A stretch of 64,000 nt of DNA. Source: Botryllus schlosseri (taxonomy: Eukaryota). Shown here piece by piece: positions 60,571 through 64,000 of this stretch. The stretch lies in the NCBI GenBank assembly GCA_051294905.1, contig CM119384.1, forward strand, positions 4,960,001-5,024,000, in the 5' to 3' direction. The notes under the pieces were generated by a model that worked only from the letters and a program-made list of their open reading frames with translations, was not told the origin of the DNA and ran no database searches. Position 1 is the first letter of the stretch. Each line of letters begins with the position of its first letter. The translations under genes were made by a program, and so were the position numbers.

Positions 60571-61540
60571 CAGGGGTCACCAACACGCGGCCCGCGACTT
60601 GGTTTAAAATTTCGGAAGAAAGCTAAGAAAACCATTCTGAAATGCTGAAATTGACTACAGTTTCAACATATTGTTGCTGTTGTTTCAAAATACGGCTATT
60701 CCCCGGTGCCCAACATCGCTGTTCGTCACTGGCTTTGACGACGTCAACAGTATTCCATCAAGGGAGAATAACCAACTGATATGAATGGGCTGGGCCTATT
60801 GCCTTGACGTGCAATGGCCCAAACACTGCCAAGAAGACCGAAACGTTTGGAAAACGGCATAGGGCAGTGGTTCTCAAAAGTGGGGGCGGGCGCCCCTTTT
60901 GTGGGGGTGTGAAAGCATCTGAAGGGAAAGATTTTTTTTCGCGCTCGGCGCGATTTACATCAAATTCATATTTTGTGTATAGTCTAGAATTCATATAATA
61001 GAATTCTCTCATCAATTAACTATCATAACCTTCCATGCCATCAAACTATCCGTTACGATTGCTAGCATTCTGGTTGCATTTTGTGATATGACGGTAAGGG
61101 GGGGGGGCGAAATTTCTCAGTATCATAAAGGGGGCGTGTATAAAGAAAGTTTGAGAACCACTGGCTTAGGGCTTCCCCGCAAGGTCAAGCTTAACGTGGA
61201 GATGGTCTTTCAGCTATAGTAATGTATCTTGTTAGCCCCAATATCGATTCCTTGGTCGCTGAAAAGCGATTCCGGGTACCGTGCACAGCTCAGAGTTCAA
61301 AATAAAAAAAAAGAATGAAACTGATGATAATGATTTTTGTTGTATTTGTATTCATTTAATCAAAAGAACTTCTTTTGTGGTCACTATGCCAATTGTCTAA
61401 ATTAGGTAGCACGGCCTTTTACTGACGTAGAGTTTTAAAACGTTGTTGCGTAGTTTATATCGATATGGAATACATGCGGCCCGCGGCCGCTACGAAATTT
61501 GAAAAGTGGCCCGCGACCCAGTTTGAGTTGGCGGCCCCTG
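60571..61540. mobile_element. hAT MITE (CAGGGG-type) hosting a nested MITE
   Basis: Termini CAGGGGTCACCAAC / GTTGGCGGCCCCTG. Perfect TSD CTGTACAA at 60563-60570 and 61541-61548. Confidence 0.88.
60865..61163. mobile_element. Charlie-like hAT MITE nested in 60571-61540
   Basis: TIRs CAGTGGTTCTCAAA / TTTGAGAACCACTG. TSD GCATAGGG / GCTTAGGG (7/8). The interior is homologous to the reverse complement of 4263-4558. Confidence 0.87.
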
Positions 61541-62122
61541 CTGTACAACAAGCTTGGCTAGTCTCTCACTATACATCGTTCTCCTGCATCGACTTTAGGA
61601 AAACCAGATATTAGATATAAATTAAGATTAGAGCGCAAACACATTTCACAGATTAGATTAGAACTAGATTACCGGCATTTCGGTCTGATTACCGTTAGTC
61701 TTAATTAGACAACCTGAATATCTAGTTGCGGAAGTTTGGAATCACGCAATGCCACTCACTGCATCGTGTATATCAGGGGCGGATAAAATCAAAGGTATGG
61801 TCGTAGTTGGAGTCAGTTGAAGAGTAGAAGCAATGTCGTTAATGTCTACTCAACAACAGATCGAAGCCTTCGCACTTTTAAAAATCAAATGCACTACTTC
61901 TGGTAATCTTATGTCGGGATATCCATAAAGGGAATCGGTGCGAATTCAAGCTAACTGTCATACTGATTCCGAAAATGTAAATTGTGATCAAGTCAGTGCG
62001 TTTCAACCCCAACAAATCATTCTCAAAGATTAAGATCGGTATTGTCCCGAACAATTACAAGGCTGGGAAACAACGAGGCATTGATACCGAGACTCCATTG
62101 TTCACGAACAGTGAGTCTGGAC

Positions 62123-62746
62123 CAGTGGTTCCCAACGTAGGCGATATTGCCCCCCAGGGTGCGATTTTGTGAAACAAGGGGGCGAAAATGTTAGAACGTC
62201 CAGTGGGATATATTCAATTAACACGGTCAAAAAATGCGTGGGAAGACGGCTTACTCTGCGTATACCCCGAAAAAGAGAGGTCAACTCAACGGAAAGTAGA
62301 CGCGGTGTACCGCAAATATTTTTGTAATTTATCTAAATCAAGGCACGCAGGAAAGCGCATGCGGAAAAGGCACTCTAATCGCTTCATCACTGATAAAATA
62401 CGGGTATGTCGTCAACAATCCAATGTAGCTTCGTCTCAGTCGCATATATGTTCGTACAAACTAGCATAGCCATCGCATTACCACGTAATTTTTTTCTCAA
62501 AGAGCATATTTTTGTAAGCGAGCCTTTTATAACTTTTTTAGTGTGCCATAAGCAAAAAATTTGGAAACCACTGACCTACCACTTTGGAAAAATGGCCTTT
62601 TTTAGTAAATTCACCATCGATCAGAGTTAGATGAATAAATCTTCCGTTTATGTGTCCTCTTTTTTCGGATCCGTAAATATGGAAGGCGCAAATTTGTGTC
62701 GAGACTGATAAGGGGGCGATGAGTCGAAAAAGGTTGGGAACCACTG
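62123..62746. mobile_element. Charlie-like hAT MITE, 624 bp
   Basis: TIRs CAGTGGTTCCCAAC / GTTGGGAACCACTG. TSD GTCTGGAC / GCCTGGAC (7/8). Confidence 0.85.
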
Positions 62747-64000
62747 GCCTGGACGAAGTTGACCAGTTGCCTTCAAGATTTTAAGATTTCAAATTAGTAA
62801 ATGGCTATCTCTTATCATTCTTGCAACGAAGTCCACCGCATTTCCTCATTTTCATATCTACCAAATTGCCGTCCGGATATTCTTAAACCAACGGCATGAG
62901 TATCCCAAAGGGTTGGCCTCCACCCAGCCCCCAAGACTAACTCACCGAATCCAGTACTATTGTACCATGCAGTCATGAGCAATGCGCATGGATGTGAACT
63001 TGAAAGTAATGATGTGGAGTTTGTCAACGCTATATTACCGACGAATAGGAACTTCGGATTGAAATAAAAGTCCTACTGAAAGACGGGAAATATGTGCAAT
63101 GCACGACACACAAATGCCAATTAACTCTGATAACTACAAAATCCGTGCACTGCGCGAGGCAGCACAGAGAATTGCAGAACACAAAGCTAAATTGACGCGT
63201 CACCGGACGAGACAGAATGGAGAGCGCAGAGTCATTGTCATTTCATCGCGGGAAAGCGCGGCTGCTAGCCAGACGCCTGTGTAAACGTTCTATCTCAAAC
63301 GCGGCGTAAAGAGGCAGGCAATAACCCGCCGATATTTACGATGCGTTGTGCTGAATTCGGATCTGATCACTTGATCAGTTCGGATCGCGGCGCATATATT
63401 ACCGAGGACGGTCGTAATCGATAAAGCGGGCGATCGATGGAATGTGTAGCGGCGCGTTATTGACACTTTCTGAATGGCTGCAACGCATGATGCTACATCC
63501 AACGCTCTTTTTGTATGACGTTATTTATCTGGTGTTAATTACAAGTTGATTTTTTAGGCAAGCCTGCACCTAAGAGTGATTTTATCAGCGAGAATTGTCG
63601 TTTCGATACTTCCTTCTCAGCGTGGAAGCCTTTAAACACGCAGCGCAAGGCTACGAATGTTGAACGTAGGTGGAAATCTGTGAATAGATTGACTTGCAGC
63701 GTTGTCACAATAATGACAATGATATAATATAATAATTTAATGAGCGCCTAATATAGCAATATATCACTATACACAAAACACAAGGGAAATAAAATATGTA
63801 AGAATAACGATATGTAGACAACGTAGTGCAACGTTGTGGGGTAAGAACGAACAATAATATAGTTAGAATGTACAAAAGGCTGCATCATGGTAATGGTTAT
63901 GCAGACGGCTGGAACGCCACACCAACCTGTAAATTTCAATGACATATTTATATTGAAATCTTATGCAATTGCTCATTGAAGTTCTGCACCTCAACGAAGC

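Noticed and set aside
39000-64000. Conserved microRNA, tRNA or snRNA genes
   Set aside because: A by-eye check for several well-known mature miRNA sequences found none. An Infernal/tRNAscan run would be needed to exclude them properly.

Overview
AT-rich eukaryotic genomic DNA with GT-AG introns, probably from an invertebrate and possibly a stolidobranch ascidian (weak inference from one spliced-leader-like match). Five host genes were reconstructed by hand. They are a protein of at least 635 aa with four CENP-B-type HTH domains and no DDE domain in the window (minus strand, runs off the left edge), MED20 (4 coding exons, minus), TCTEX1D2/DYNLT2B (4 coding exons, plus), a BCOR/BCORL1 orthologue (ankyrin + PUFD, minus, middle exons unresolved) and a single-exon-CDS PTPN1/2 (plus). 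The main feature is an 11.6-kb Mutator-like (MULE) DNA transposon at 8464-20057, delimited by a perfect 8-bp TSD (GGCCTGCT) and TIRs (23 bp perfect, about 140-150 bp imperfect). It sits between the divergent MED20 and TCTEX1D2 start codons. It carries about 17 copies of a 203-bp tandem repeat in its left arm only, and one intact 1674-aa ORF fusing a PHD finger, a MULE DDE transposase, a Ulp1/SENP (C48) protease and a USP (C19) deubiquitinase. Both proteases retain their catalytic residues. From about 39 kb to 64 kb no coding exon was recognised; this region is filled with hAT-type MITEs (several with TSDs, some nested) and palindromic repeat families. All domain calls are by motif recognition; no database search was run.
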